Positions 44,614 through 46,025 of a stretch of 46,025 nt of DNA are shown piece after piece. The stretch comes from Psammoneis japonica (taxonomy: Eukaryota): positions 1 to 46,025 of the forward strand of contig QPGO01000353.1 in the NCBI GenBank assembly GCA_008632985.1, written 5' to 3'. The notes under the pieces were generated by a model. That model was not told where the DNA came from. It saw only the letters and a program-made list of their open reading frames with translations, and did not search any database. A program made the translations under genes and the position numbers. The stretch's first letter is position 1; every line of letters starts with the position of its first letter.

Positions 44614-46025
44614 TGAACAAATGCTGATGTGCTGTCACGAACACAGGCAGTTTATGTGCTGTTGGCAATTGGTCCACTGTCGCTTGTTCAGTGGTCCCAG
44701 TGGCACAACATCTCACAATTCTAGAAACTGTTGATGCTGTTCAACACTCTGTCTTGTCTTGTGCCCAATTCTCAGCTGTCATGGCAGCATTTGTTCACTT
44801 TGTCAGAGCCAATGTGCTGTGATGTTTATGCCTGGATTTTTGTGGCAAGCGCCATGTTGGTCCCATGGTTGCTCACGTAATTGCTGAGTCCTTCGCATGT
44901 GTCAATGTTCATGGATGTGAACAATGTGCTCTTGGAGACCAGAGCTGTGATCCGTTGGACATGACGTTAGTGGACAGAATGTTTGATCATGTGGATGGAA
45001 TGTGTTGGCTAAGAAACACACACATTCGTGATGAAGACAACACAACGATTTATGTGTTGAGGTCTGTTGCTTGATCACATGCATTTGATTAATCAAAACA
45101 CAAAACATGTTGTCAAACTGCTTAGACACTGCACATGTGGATGCATGTCTGTTGGAAATTATTGCTCAAGTGTAACCTCGCCTGCTCGCAAGTTGGCCAA
45201 GTAGAAACCACCAAATCAACATGAGAACCACACGTTTTTCTCATTTTTCTCCACTCACACAAGTGGATGCTCACGCGTCGAAACGCAATTGACTGCTGAC
45301 ACACCATGACCGCTGCGACAGCCTTTGCTGCTTGTCTTGCACATTGTGGATGCAATGCACAGACGCGTGCCTGCACAGCCGGTCAAGGCTTTGCCACCAT
45401 TCAGGACTTGGGACAGGTCCCTTTGGCAGAAATTGCTGCCATGGCCAAGTCCGCTTCCCAAACCTGGCGAATCGAAAGTTCAAGGTGCTGCGCGCATGGA
45501 TTGACTGCCGCAGGGCCCGGAACCAACAGCCGACTGCTGCTCTCCTTGCTGGTGATGTCATTGGGACATGGATGGCACATCTCACAGAATTGGAACAATT
45601 CAAGTCAGTGGACTCGGATGACGAATCGGCTGCCAAGACGGCCGTGGAACTCAAGAATCTGCATGACTGGCCCACCTTCCAAGAGTCACTGGCAACTGAA
45701 CTGCACCACCACCACAGTGCCGTTGCTGGTCACCCTATCTGCCCAGTTGGGGAGCATGAAGACGTCACCGCCAAAAATGTGGCTGCTGCTTGCTCCACCA
45801 TTGACGAAGACCTCATTGCTCGCCACCGACTTGCAGGAGCTCAGCACACCAGGACAGGCAAACACCTGCATGATCCTCTTGAAGAAGTTGGTGAAGGGGG
45901 GCGGATGGGCTTTTGTCAAACGCTTCCATTGCAATCGCGATGGTCGTGCTGCTTCTTTGCACTAAGAGGCAGGCAGAAGGATCGGCTGCTGCACACCCAA
46001 AAGAACCGTGCCCATGCACAGATTG
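44614..46025 (+). mobile_element. copia element of the same family as 28501-35354: 5' LTR, leader and start of gag; runs off the window
   Basis: TGAACAAATGCTG... at 44614 is the reverse complement of the LTRs ending at 28684 and 35354; gag MTAATAFAACLAHCGCNAQTRAC (45306) matches MAAATAFTACLAHCGCNAQTRAC. Confidence 0.92.

Noticed and set aside
1..46025. Fungal RIP or ADAR/APOBEC editing as the cause of the decay
   Set aside because: RIP raises TpA and stop codons, the opposite of what is seen. Editing of retro-intermediates would be strand-biased and would not hit DNA transposons or make the two LTRs of one element diverge in both directions.

Overview
Eukaryotic, almost certainly heterochromatic, transposon graveyard with no intact host gene. 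The element types (CoDi-like Ty1/copia, GyDi-like Ty3/gypsy) point to a diatom or related stramenopile; this is inference from motif style, not a search. Contents: five degenerate copia elements; a gypsy element with both LTRs (8777-14168) nested head-to-head in a sister copy and itself carrying a MITE; a separate gypsy integrase remnant; piggyBac-like and hAT-like transposase fragments; a split-repeat element containing a tRNA-like cloverleaf; and a 4.8-kb TIR DNA transposon (21366-26180). Two things stand out. (1) Besides ordinary CpG decay, the repeats carry a strand-symmetric TpA->TpG/CpA hypermutation: Tyr becomes Cys/His throughout, and aligned copies show TA, CA and TG in the same column. 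This is the opposite direction to fungal RIP. (2) The 4.8-kb transposon encodes one reconstructable ~1200-aa protein with a pogo-like DD40D transposase apparently fused to a C-terminal GIY-YIG-like nuclease. Most ORFs in the six-frame track are artefacts of TAA/TAG stop loss.
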